Shown: one piece after another, positions 18,505-28,600 of the stretch
How positions within the stretch are numbered: position 1 is the stretch's first letter
Layout: the number at the start of each line of letters is the position of its first letter
Assembly (NCBI GenBank): GCA_031409335.1
Contig: JANNWY010000212.1
Span: forward strand, 1 to 64,000
DNA: 64,000 nt
Reading direction: 5' to 3'
Source: Chthoniobacteraceae bacterium
GTDB lineage: Bacteria > Verrucomicrobiota > Verrucomicrobiia > Chthoniobacterales > Chthoniobacteraceae
Translations under genes and position numbers: made by a program
The notes under the pieces: model-generated
The model's input: only the letters and a program-made list of their open reading frames with translations
Told to the model about the DNA's origin: nothing
Databases searched by the model: none

Positions 18505-19623
18505 TCAGCGTTTCGGCATCAATTCCAGCGCGGCTTCGACGGACTGGAGCGCGCCGGAGAAACGCACCGCATCGAACCCTCCCTGGCCTTTCGACTCGTC
18601 GGTCAAAATCTTGAGCGCCTTGTCGAAATTTTCGGACTCCAGTTTTGATTCGGTTTTCAGCGCGCTCCACAAGCGATCGATCGCGAGCACCAGCACTTCG
18701 CCGCGACGGCGAAGATCGGCTGGTTCCACCTTCCCGTCGCGAAAGTCCGCGGTGATGCCGGCGTAGTTTTTCAAAAGCCGCATCGCCGAATCCTTTCCCC
18801 AATCCTGCCGCGATGCTGCGCGGGCCACGCGATCCGACGCGGCCTGCATCGCCGCGAAATCGTCCGTGTTTGGCAGGCTCGCACCGGCCTCAGTCTGGCG
18901 CAGCAGCCAGACCAACGCCTTCCAGCGGGAGACCAGCGCCGCATCGGGCGCGCTCGTCAGCCTCCAGCTAATCTCGCGCAGCCCCGCCGCCTGGCCGGTC
19001 AGCCATGCCCGCGGACCGAGCCACGTGCCTTCATCTTTCCAATGCGGCGGCTCTTCAGCCATCTGGCGGTCGAGTTCGAAAAACAACTCGGGATGCCCGG
19101 CGGCGATCAATCCGGGATCGACCACGTGATGGCAGGCGATGCACATGTTCGAGCGATGGTAGAAGTCGCCCGCCTCCCGCAATCCGGCTGCGACGCGCTG
19201 ATCGTGCGAGACATCCTTCCGCGTGTGAAAGAGCAGCCATTTTTCCGCGGGACCGTGACAGGATTCACAACTGACACCGCGGTCGATTTTCGTTTTCGGC
19301 GCGAAGCGCGAGGCGGGCAGCGCCTCCATCGGCGAATGGCAGATCGTGCAGCGCGCCGATTTCAGCGGATCGCCGATGCCCATGGATTCCGCCATCCGCC
19401 GCGATCTTTCATCGCCCAAAATCTCGTGGGCCTTCACGTGTTTGTCCTTCTTGTCCCAGATCACGGACTGCCCTTTGTCCGACCCGCCGCCGTGGCAACT
19501 GGATGATTTGCACGACTGCGATCCGACGAAATGCGGAGCGGCAATCCTGGGCTCCGCGGCGCGAATACTGCCGCTGGCGGCGACCGCCACGGACACGAGA
19601 AAAATGCGAGTGATAATGTCCAC
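18505..19623 (-). CDS. Exported multiheme cytochrome c (c554-like, about 4 hemes)
   Basis: CKSSSCH (CX4CH), CTICH, CESCH, CIACH; signal peptide after a putative GTG at 19623 (start uncertain). Confidence 0.85.
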   Translation of the reverse strand: MDIITRIFLVSVAVAASGSIRAAEPRIAAPHFVGSQSCKSSSCHGGGSDKGQSVIWDKKDKHVKAHEILGDERSRRMAESMGIGDPLKSARCTICHSPMEALPASRFAPKTKIDRGVSCESCHGPAEKWLLFHTRKDVSHDQRVAAGLREAGDFYHRSNMCIACHHVVDPGLIAAGHPELFFELDRQMAEEPPHWKDEGTWLGPRAWLTGQAAGLREISWRLTSAPDAALVSRWKALVWLLRQTEAGASLPNTDDFAAMQAASDRVARAASRQDWGKDSAMRLLKNYAGITADFRDGKVEPADLRRRGEVLVLAIDRLWSALKTESKLESENFDKALKILTDESKGQGGFDAVRFSGALQSVEAALELMPKR

Positions 19624-19792
19624 GACGAGGCGTATAGCGGAAATCCCGCCAAACGAGAAGCGGGAGAATTGCCTTTTGTGAAAATCGCCAAGCGGCACCG
19701 GAGCCGCATGGAACCTGGAAATGCGGCTCGCGCAAAATGGATCAATTCGCTTGGCGAAGTTGCGCGGCATTGATAGGCAATACTCCGCGCGC

Positions 19793-21697
19793 ATGGCTGA
19801 AATCCCGGAAAAACTCACTTCAGGCGAACCCCTCTCCACGGAGGAATTGCTGGAGTATCTGCCCGCGCTGAAGGAAATCCCCGCGGTCCTGCTCAAGCAA
19901 TTCGCCGTCGGTGCCGCGGTGCGTCGGCGCTTCCGCGCGGGCGACATCGTGTGCGACGAAGGCGCGTTCGGCTCCACCGCGTTTTTCATCGTTTCGGGGA
20001 ACGTGAACATCTTCATCAAGAATCCGATGGCCTCGGTGAAAACACGTCCGAGCGGCGGCGGGATTTTTTCGGTGTTCAAGAAGATGACCAGCTTCCTCGG
20101 CAGCAACGAGCAGGCGCAGAGCGTGGCGGAGGCCGGGTTTATCCCGATCGACGCCTCGATCGATCTGCCAAAGGAAACGCCGCTCGCCGACCTCGGGCAG
20201 GGCGAACTTTTCGGCGAAATGACGTGCCGCACTTTTCAGCCGCGCTCGGCCACGGTGCAGGCGACGGAGGATTGCGTGATGGTGGAAATGCTGCGCGTCG
20301 TGCTCGACATGCTGCTCGGCACGCGCGAGGTCGATTCGGCGACGAAGGCGACGACGAAAGTGAAAGCGCCGACGTTCAAGGGCACTTCGTTCAAGAAGGC
20401 GATGGACGACAAATACCGGCAGCGCTCGCTCATCCAGCATCTCCGCAGCGTCCCGCTATTTCACACGCTCGACCTCGATTTTTTCAATCACCTTCGCGAG
20501 AACGCGGAGCTGGTTTCGTTCGGGAAAAACGAGATCATCTGCAAACAAAACGAGCCCGCCGACGCATTCTATCTCATCCGCACCGGCCTCGTGCGGGTCG
20601 CGCAAAAAATGCCGCTCGGTCCAGGCACGAAGCCCGACTACTACGTCGATAAAACATCGAAAAAAGAATACTGGATGCAGCCGGATGGAAGTGCCGTGGA
20701 AGGGGAACTCGTGCGGACTTATTTGAAGCGCGGAGAATTTTTCGGGGAGATCGGGCTTTTGGAAAATCAACCGCGCAACGCGACGTGCTCGGCGCTCGAT
20801 GCGGTGGACGTGGTGAAGATCAGCAAGACGACCTTCGAGACGATGCTGGAGATTTTCCCGATCGTCCGCGCCACGCTGAAACAAACCGCCGCCATCCGCG
20901 CCGAAGCCGCGCAGCAGCGCGCGATGCCCGCTGGCTTGCAGCTCGACGATTTCATCACGCAGGGACTTTACGAGGCGCAAAATCTTCTCCTCATCGACCT
21001 CGACAACTGCACGCGCTGCGACGCCTGCGTGAATGCCTGCGCGGATGCGCACGATGGCGTGACGCGGCTCATCCGCGACGGCCTGCGCTACGATCATTTC
21101 CTCGTCGCCACGGCCTGCCGCTCGTGCCGCGATCCGCTGTGCATGACGCAGTGCCCGGTCGGCTCGATCCGGCGAAAAGAGAGCCTCGAAATCCTGATCG
21201 AAGACTGGTGCATCGGCTGCGCGAAATGCGCGGAACTTTGCCCATACGGAAACATCAACCTCGTCGATTTCGAGATGACCCGGGCGCAACTCGCCGAGGT
21301 CGAGCGGAAGGAAAAGGAAAAGGCCGAAGCGAAGAAAGCAGCCGATGCGAAAGCGGCTGCCGCAAAAGCCGCCGCGCCCGAAGTCAAAACAGAGCCTCCG
21401 GCATCCGTCCCATCGGCCCCATCCGTCCCATCCCCCGCCGCGAAACCAGCACCAGCTCCCGCCAAGCCCGCACCCGCCAAACCTGCCGCAAAACCCCGCG
21501 CCAAGAATATCGTCACCAAAGCAACGACGTGCGATCTCTGCACGGCGTTGAGCGTCCCGAGCTGCGTTTATGCCTGTCCGCACGATGCGGCGAAGCGGGT
21601 CGAGCCCACCGAATTCCTCGCGAAGCAAATCGGCAAGCGCGACACGGGCAAACGCTTCCGCTGGCTGAATCGCGCCGAGAACCGCACCACGCATTGA
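19793..21697 (+). CDS. Dual cyclic-nucleotide-binding domain + 4x[4Fe-4S] ferredoxin fusion
   Basis: FGEM..PRSATV and FGEI..PRNATC cassettes; CTRCDACVNAC, CRSCRDPLCMTQC, CIGCAKCAELC, CDLC..PSCVYAC. Confidence 0.92.
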   Translation: MAEIPEKLTSGEPLSTEELLEYLPALKEIPAVLLKQFAVGAAVRRRFRAGDIVCDEGAFGSTAFFIVSGNVNIFIKNPMASVKTRPSGGGIFSVFKKMTSFLGSNEQAQSVAEAGFIPIDASIDLPKETPLADLGQGELFGEMTCRTFQPRSATVQATEDCVMVEMLRVVLDMLLGTREVDSATKATTKVKAPTFKGTSFKKAMDDKYRQRSLIQHLRSVPLFHTLDLDFFNHLRENAELVSFGKNEIICKQNEPADAFYLIRTGLVRVAQKMPLGPGTKPDYYVDKTSKKEYWMQPDGSAVEGELVRTYLKRGEFFGEIGLLENQPRNATCSALDAVDVVKISKTTFETMLEIFPIVRATLKQTAAIRAEAAQQRAMPAGLQLDDFITQGLYEAQNLLLIDLDNCTRCDACVNACADAHDGVTRLIRDGLRYDHFLVATACRSCRDPLCMTQCPVGSIRRKESLEILIEDWCIGCAKCAELCPYGNINLVDFEMTRAQLAEVERKEKEKAEAKKAADAKAAAAKAAAPEVKTEPPASVPSAPSVPSPAAKPAPAPAKPAPAKPAAKPRAKNIVTKATTCDLCTALSVPSCVYACPHDAAKRVEPTEFLAKQIGKRDTGKRFRWLNRAENRTTH

Positions 21698-21707
21698 TTT
21701 CCCGCGC

Positions 21708-22649
21708 ATGAAAATCGACCGCAATCACGTCCCCTGGGCCATTTTCGTCAGCGGCGCCACGCTCATCCTCGGCGCATTTTTCTGCGCGGAATTTTTCCCG
21801 CAATATCTCCCTTTCCAGATCGACCTCCCGAAATTCCTCAGCCACGCGCCACGCGAGCGGAATAGTTACGGCGCGTCGCCGCTCGGGCTTTTTTACGGCG
21901 CGCTCGCGCTGGCGATTTTCCTGTTCGCGTCGGCGCTCGGCGTGCGCAAAAAGAAACGGCTGTGGCGCATCGGCAATGTGCAGCTCTGGCTGCGCGCGCA
22001 CATCTGGCTCACGATCCTCACGATCCCGCTCGTCCTGTTTCACAGCGGCTTCCATCTTGGCGGACCGCAGACCACGACGCTGATGGTGCTTTACACGATC
22101 GTGATGGTCAGCGGTTTCTTCGGCATCGCGCTGCAAAACTTCATGCCAAAGATGATGAAGGAGCGGCTCGCGCGGGAGGTCGTTTACGAACAAATCCCGC
22201 ACATCCGCGGCCTCATCGCCGAGTCCGCAAATGCCCTGCGCATGACTTTGCTCGCAACGATCGCGCCGCCTGCGCCGAAGGATGCAGCCGCCGGGGCCGC
22301 GGTCGCCATCGCCGTGGAGAAGGACACATCGGTTTCCGTGGTCCTCGAATTTCTGGATGAGGAATGCCTGCCCTACCTGGAGGCATCGCGGCGGGCGGCG
22401 ACGCGGATGCGGCTCGGCAATCACCGCACGAGCGATGACGTTTTCCGGCTGCTGCGCCTGAATGCGTCCGACGATTTCCGCGGCAAAATCGATGAGTTGC
22501 AGGGCTGGTGCGACGACCGCCGCCTCATGGATCTCCAGACGAGGATGCACCACTGGCTGCACGGCTGGCTGCTCATCCACGTCCCGGTTTCCTTCGCCCT
22601 GCTCGTCTTCACCTTCTGGCACGCCTACATCACCTGGGTCCACCTCTGA
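21708..22649 (+). CDS. Integral membrane protein, ferric-reductase-like di-heme b candidate
   Basis: About 5 TM helices; two H-x13-H pairs (HIWLTILTIPLVLFH, HVPVSFALLVFTFWH). Confidence 0.75.
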   Translation: MKIDRNHVPWAIFVSGATLILGAFFCAEFFPQYLPFQIDLPKFLSHAPRERNSYGASPLGLFYGALALAIFLFASALGVRKKKRLWRIGNVQLWLRAHIWLTILTIPLVLFHSGFHLGGPQTTTLMVLYTIVMVSGFFGIALQNFMPKMMKERLAREVVYEQIPHIRGLIAESANALRMTLLATIAPPAPKDAAAGAAVAIAVEKDTSVSVVLEFLDEECLPYLEASRRAATRMRLGNHRTSDDVFRLLRLNASDDFRGKIDELQGWCDDRRLMDLQTRMHHWLHGWLLIHVPVSFALLVFTFWHAYITWVHL

Positions 22650-22655
22650 GCGCAC

Positions 22656-24383
22656 ATGGCTGATCAACCGCGCACGCAAAAGCAAATCGCCCAAAAGTAC
22701 AAGGACAACCTTGATTACTACCGGCGCGGACATTTCCTCCGGCGGCTAAAACTCGCGCTCTTTCTCCTCGCCGTATTCGGCAGCATCGGCGCGGTGTTCG
22801 GCTTCCGCTTTTGGGGAAACAAACAGTTTTTCAACACCGGCCCGATCTCGCAAAACCACGCGCGTTTCGCAAATGACTGCGCGGCCTGCCACGACGGCGC
22901 GGAAACGGATTTGACCCGTGCGCTGAAGCTCGACCAGGCGGTGACGGATTTGAAAGAGGGCAATCTTCCCTCGGTCGATCTCGAAAAACTCAAGGCCGCG
23001 AGCAAGAACTTCAGCGCAGCCGAACTCGCCGCGGCCGCGCAGCGCAATCTTTCGCCCGACCGGCTCTCCGCGCTCCAGCAGGCCGTCATCAAAAAGTCAT
23101 CCCTCGCCGGGATGGATCGCGCCTGCCTGAAGTGCCACAACTCTTTCCAACTGCACCAGCCGCAGATGGAGGCGCTGAAACTGCGCGGCGTGCATCCCGA
23201 AATGCCGCTGGTGCATTCCGACCGCTGCTCCACCTGCCACCGCGAACACGTCGGCCACGGTTTGATGGCAGTCCCCGGCAGCGAATCCTGCGCGACCTGC
23301 CACGCCGATTTGCAGGAACTCGCGCGCACCCGCAACGTCATCAAAGTCGGCAGCCCGAGCCCGCCAGTGCGCCCGGAAAATCGCGACCTCGGCGACGGAC
23401 TCATCCGTTTCCTCATGCCGCAGGAAGCGAACGCGCAGCCCGCCGTGATCAGGAGCTACGCCGATGGGCATCCGCCCTTCCGCTACGAAGAACCCACTGC
23501 CCGCGATCCGGCGGTCATCAAGTACAATCATCTGCGGCACGAGCAGAAGGACATTCCGGCGGTGCGCGATGGGCGCAAACTCGCCTGCGCGGACTGCCAT
23601 CAGCTGGGCAAAGGCGGTGCCTTTTACGAGCCGGTGAAATACCAGCAGCACTGCGCGACGTGCCACGCGCTGAACGTCGTGCCCGAGTTGCCGGGCTTCA
23701 CGATCCCGCACGCCGATCCCGCTGCCGTGGTCGTCTTCACCAATACCCTCAACTCGAAGATCCTCGCCTTTCTCATCGACCAGGATCCGAGTGCAAAACT
23801 CGAAGATCTCGTCGCCAAGGTGAAGACCACTGTCGGCAACATGGTCAGTCGCGGCGACCGGCCGCTGTCCGGTTTCGGAGAACGCGCGGGCAATGAATTG
23901 CAGCGGCGCATCTTCTACACTGGCGACCCGACGGTGGACGGGCGCATTTCTGGAAGCGGAATGGACCAGCCGAAATTCACCGCCTGCGTGGGATGCCACG
24001 AGGTGACAAAAGGCGATGGCACCGTGCCCTACAAAATCACCAAGACGAACATCGCCGATCGCTGGATTCATCACGGCCCGTTCACGCACCAGCCACACAC
24101 CCACATGCTGTGCATCGACTGCCATCACAAGGAAATCGGCAGCCGGAACACCGCGGATATATTGCTCCCCTCGCAGGCCTCGTGCGCGCAGTGCCACAGC
24201 CCGCTGCGGAAAGACAAAGTGCTCGAAGTCGTCGCCGGCGGCATCGCGCCGAAACCGCGGACCCCGGAGATGGTCGAGAAGCAAAAGCGCGAAGGCGGCG
24301 TGAAATGGGAGTGCCAAAACTGCCACCAATTCCACGCCCCGCCCGAGGCGATTCAGATGCTGGAGTCCGCTTCGGCGAAATAG
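22656..24383 (+). CDS. Membrane-anchored decaheme cytochrome c
   Basis: N-terminal TM; ten CxxCH (CAACH, CLKCH, CSTCH, CATCH, CADCH, CATCH, CVGCH, CIDCH, CAQCH, CQNCH). Confidence 0.93.
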   Translation: MADQPRTQKQIAQKYKDNLDYYRRGHFLRRLKLALFLLAVFGSIGAVFGFRFWGNKQFFNTGPISQNHARFANDCAACHDGAETDLTRALKLDQAVTDLKEGNLPSVDLEKLKAASKNFSAAELAAAAQRNLSPDRLSALQQAVIKKSSLAGMDRACLKCHNSFQLHQPQMEALKLRGVHPEMPLVHSDRCSTCHREHVGHGLMAVPGSESCATCHADLQELARTRNVIKVGSPSPPVRPENRDLGDGLIRFLMPQEANAQPAVIRSYADGHPPFRYEEPTARDPAVIKYNHLRHEQKDIPAVRDGRKLACADCHQLGKGGAFYEPVKYQQHCATCHALNVVPELPGFTIPHADPAAVVVFTNTLNSKILAFLIDQDPSAKLEDLVAKVKTTVGNMVSRGDRPLSGFGERAGNELQRRIFYTGDPTVDGRISGSGMDQPKFTACVGCHEVTKGDGTVPYKITKTNIADRWIHHGPFTHQPHTHMLCIDCHHKEIGSRNTADILLPSQASCAQCHSPLRKDKVLEVVAGGIAPKPRTPEMVEKQKREGGVKWECQNCHQFHAPPEAIQMLESASAK

Positions 24384-25665
24384 GCTGCAAGCGTTCGTGT
24401 TCGCGCGCGTCCCGACCGGCGCGCCCATCGGTGCTCCCGCCAGCCAGCGAGGCCGAGCATGCTGATCGCGAAGAACACGCCCGCTGGCTCCGGCACGGGC
24501 GTGATTTCGCCAGAACCGAGGATGCTTCCCGTTCCGAGAAAGCCAGTGCCGGGTCCGCTGAAAAAGCTGATTTGATTGAGTTGATCGATCCTCAGGCCCG
24601 CATTGTTGCCACCAAAAAATAGCTGGTCGGTGCCGCCGCCGCCGGCTGGGTTCCCGGACCAGTTCCAGACACTTAGCGTTCCCGTCCAGCTTTCCAAATG
24701 ACTGTCGGCGAAATGGAGAATGCTGGCACCCGTTCCCATGTCGATGATGGAGTTGGCTGAAAGCGTCAGCGCACCAACCGTTTCGGCCAGCCCGCCCGTG
24801 CGGAGCGTCCCGCCCGCGAGGGTGATTCCAGCGGCGTCATTCACACGATCTCCCGCACCACTTAAAAGCAGAGCGCCTCCCGTGTTGATGATGACGCCGC
24901 TGGTTCCCCCGAGCGCATTGACAACCCCCGCCTCCAGAGTCCCGCCGTCCACCGTCGTTGTGCCCGTGAAAGTATTGGCTACACCGAGTGTCGTGCTGCC
25001 CGCACCTGTCTTCAGCACGCTGTTCGTATTCCCGCCCGTATCCGTGATCGCCGACCCGAGGGTAAAACTCTCCGCGAAATCCGGCGAGAGCGTCACCGTC
25101 TGCGCCCCGCCCCACACCACACTCTGCTCCAGGCACCCGATCACGATTCCCCACCCGCATCGTCATAGCCCCAATCCCGGATCACCGCCTACATTGTTCG
25201 TCAGCGTCATCCGCATCCAGCCATACAGCGGCCCCGCGCTTGCATCCGTGGTAAATTTGAACGCGAGATAACCCTCCGCACCGACCTGAAATTGCTGGAT
25301 GTCAGCGCCGATGTGCTCATGCACCGGATTCCCCGATCCGCCGATCCCGGACGCGAAAGTCAGCCCGCTCGTCACCACCATCCCCTGATAAAACCGGACC
25401 GCCGTATCCAGACTGTCCGAACCCACGCGCACCGGCTGAAACGCCGCGCTATTTCCGATCCCCACGCCGTCGAAAAACGGATTCACATCCCATCCGGTAA
25501 AAGCTGCGCCACCCGTCGCACCCGTCTCAAGGTCCAGATACACGCCCGCAAAAGTCGTCGGGATCGCGATCTCCTTCAGATCGCTGTAAATCGTCGCCGC
25601 CTGGGAATCCGGGGCGAATGGCAGAATCGCCATCGCCGTGATCAAAGGAAGTTACGAAGTTTCAT
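24353..25665 (-). pseudogene. Frameshifted PEP-CTERM protein with autotransporter-associated beta-strand repeat
   Basis: ORFs 25163-25645 and 24353-25144 join into one gene (MKLRNFL..., KTGAGSTTL repeat, VPEP tail) after repairing three frameshifts near 25645, 25185 and 25150. Confidence 0.8.
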
Positions 25666-25692
25666 ATTGAAATTCAATGGGCTGGCTGCGGA

Positions 25693-28600
25693 TTACGGCC
25701 CCATCACCATTACGCGGAAGAATTGCGCCTTTGCTCCGGTACTCAGCAAAAGCGGAAACGGAACTGTCACCGCCTCCATCTCGAAGTCCGAGGCGATCAC
25801 CGCTGGTGTGTCAGTGCTATTCTCCCAAACGCTCAAGTCCGCGCTGAACTGCACCGTGTAAGTCAGCCCCGCCCCCTCATAATTCAGCCGCCGCCCGAAA
25901 AGCGCGCGGCATGCCCCGCCCGTCGGCGTATTTTCCAGCAAAACCGCCGGGCTGCCGCGCCGCACGAGGGTTCCTGCGGTGACGATGATCGCTCCGCTCT
26001 CCGGCGTCACCGGATCGGTGCCAAAGACGAACTCGAACAGATTGATCGCCCCATCCCCGTCGAGGTCCGCCGTCGCAGGCGAGACCACGCCCGCGTTGTA
26101 GCCCGCGATCCATGATTCGTAGGCCGTCTGCCGCGTCATATTCACCGTGTAGGTTTTGAAATTGAACCCATCCTGCGCGATCACGGTGATCGTGATGATC
26201 GCGCTGTTCCCGACGGCAAATGGAAACAACCCCGTAAAAGTCCCCGCCGCTGGCAAGCCGGATGCGCCGGGGACATACACCGAGGCGTTTGTGTCGTCGG
26301 CGAGTGCATGGACCCAGATGTTCGCAGTCCCGAAAGGGACAGCGCCCGAGTAAGTCTCAACCCCCGGTGCGAAAGCCGGAGTTAAGTTCACCGGCAGGAT
26401 GGAATCCGCCTGGAGCAAAAGCGTTCCCAAATCAGCATTCGGGCTACCCGCCCGCGTCACCACCACCGAATAAGTCTTCGTCGTCGTCCCATTCTGCGCC
26501 CTCACCAGCACATCGATCGTATTCGCGCCCACATTCAGGTTCACGCTGTATGTTAGAATCAGGCTGTTGGGGGAATCGGCCGGTGAGCCATTCAGGGAAA
26601 TGGAGGCGTTGACATCCTCCCTCGTTACCGTAACTGCGATCGTGTCCGCCGAATGCGGCACACTGGCCGCATAGTTAGTAGTCGCCGATGCAAACGCAGG
26701 GCTGAGTGTCCCGGCACCAAGCGTGACGTTGGTTAGATCGGCGTTGTTGTTGAGCGGCACCACAAAAGTCGCATTCGCCCCATAAGCCGTCGTCTCCCCA
26801 TTCTGCGCCACGATGCGGAAATGGTAAGTCGCCCCCGGAATCAACCCCGAAATCCCATTGCCAACCGTCACTGCCACATTCCCATAACCCACCGCCTGCG
26901 GAGCCGTCGCCTGCCCATAAGCCGCGGTCGTCCCCCACTCAAACCAAACATTTGTCACCACCCCGTTCGGATTCACCGAACCAGTCAGCCCACCCAGGCC
27001 GGACGGGTAGCCAGTGCCAGTAAAAGTTATCACAGTCGGTTGAAGGTCCACGCCATAGCGGACGACGGCAAACTTGTCAGCCCCGGCAATTCGAGCCGTT
27101 CCGGCCACAACGATCTTTCCATCGCTTTGCAGTGCCACCCCTTCGCCATTGTCTTGGTCACTGCCTACGGGCGTTGTGAGCTTGCCACCGGTGCCGAAGC
27201 TTGGATCCAGCGCCCCGTCTGAAAGGTACCGCACCACGGCGAAGTCGAAGTCGCTACCAATATAAGAGCTTCCCGCCACCACGATTCGTCCATCACTTTG
27301 CAACGCGACGCTACTACCAACGTCGGTATTGGTGCCGATGGGAGTGATTACTTTTCCTCCGCTGCCGAAACTGGCATCCGGTGTGCCGTTCGTGGCATAA
27401 CGCACCAAAGCAACGTCGATAAATCCGCCGCTTCCCGCCACGACGATCTTTCCATCGGGTTGAAAGGCCACGCTTGCCGCGGAGTCGTTATTATTGCTCA
27501 GCGAGGTGGTTGCTTTTCCGCCGTTTCCAAAGGTGGAATCCGGCACGCCCGCAGCGGTGTAACGCACCAGTGCAAAATCGTTGCTACTTCCATTGAAGGA
27601 AAATCCCACCACCACAATTTTTCCATCGCTCTGCACTCCCACCCCGCCGACTCTATCGGGGCCGCTGCCGATCGGAGTCGTCACCTTACCACCGCTGCCA
27701 AAGCTCGAATCCAAAACGCCCGCTGCCGTAAAGCGTACTACGGCAAAGCCGTAGTTGCTGCCGTTGAAGGCAGACCCAGCCATCACAATTTTCCCGTCGC
27801 TTTGCAGTGCGATTGCGCGAACTTCATCGGAGCCATGGCCGAACGTTGTCGTCGCCTTGCCGCCATTGCCAAAGCTGGCATCGAGTGTGCCGTCCGACAG
27901 ATAGCGCATCAGTGCGAATCTTTCGCCCAATGGGGAGCCCTCACCTCCCACGACGATCTTCCCATCACTTTGCAGGGCGACACTTTTTCCAAAGCCACTC
28001 AGCGTTGTCACCTTTCCGCCGCTGCCAAAAGTAGTATCAAGCGCGCCCAGTGTTGTAAGACGCATCAAGGCGAATTCGTAGCCGCTCCCAGTGTAGGAAT
28101 CTCCCGCCACCACGATTTTTCCATCGCTTTGGATCGCCACGCTATGGCCGCGATCACCCACCCCGCTGCCTACCGAAGTAGTTACTTTCCCTGTGCCGTT
28201 AAACGTCAAATCCAGCGCCGCCGGATTGCCGCCGATGATCGCCCGCGCGGTCAGCGCAAGATCGAAGCTCCCTTCATCCGCATCGTCACTCAGCAGCATC
28301 ATCGTGCCGCCGAAGACGCCCTTCACGGTGTTTGCGAGGAAACGAATCTGCAAGTCTTGCGTCGCATTCGGGGCCAACGTGAAGGGTGCGAAGGTGCCGA
28401 CATGTTCGTAGCCAGTCGGAAGAGTCAGGCCGGTGACATGCAGGTCTTCCCCGCCGCGATTGGTCACCCGGAAAGTGCGCGTGACCGGCGTGCCGAGCGG
28501 GGTGCTGCCGAAGTCCACCGTCGAAGCGGCATCCGTGAGGATCGTTCCGACCGGCTGTTCCACCTGGATTTCCTGGGGAATGATCAACGTCAGCGTTACG

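Noticed and set aside
19624..20232. N-terminal extensions given by the ORF track (tetraheme cytochrome; likewise CAP protein, phosphoesterase, crtE, blh, fabH)
   Set aside because: They overlap neighbouring genes or repeats; downstream starts give clean signal peptides or translational coupling.
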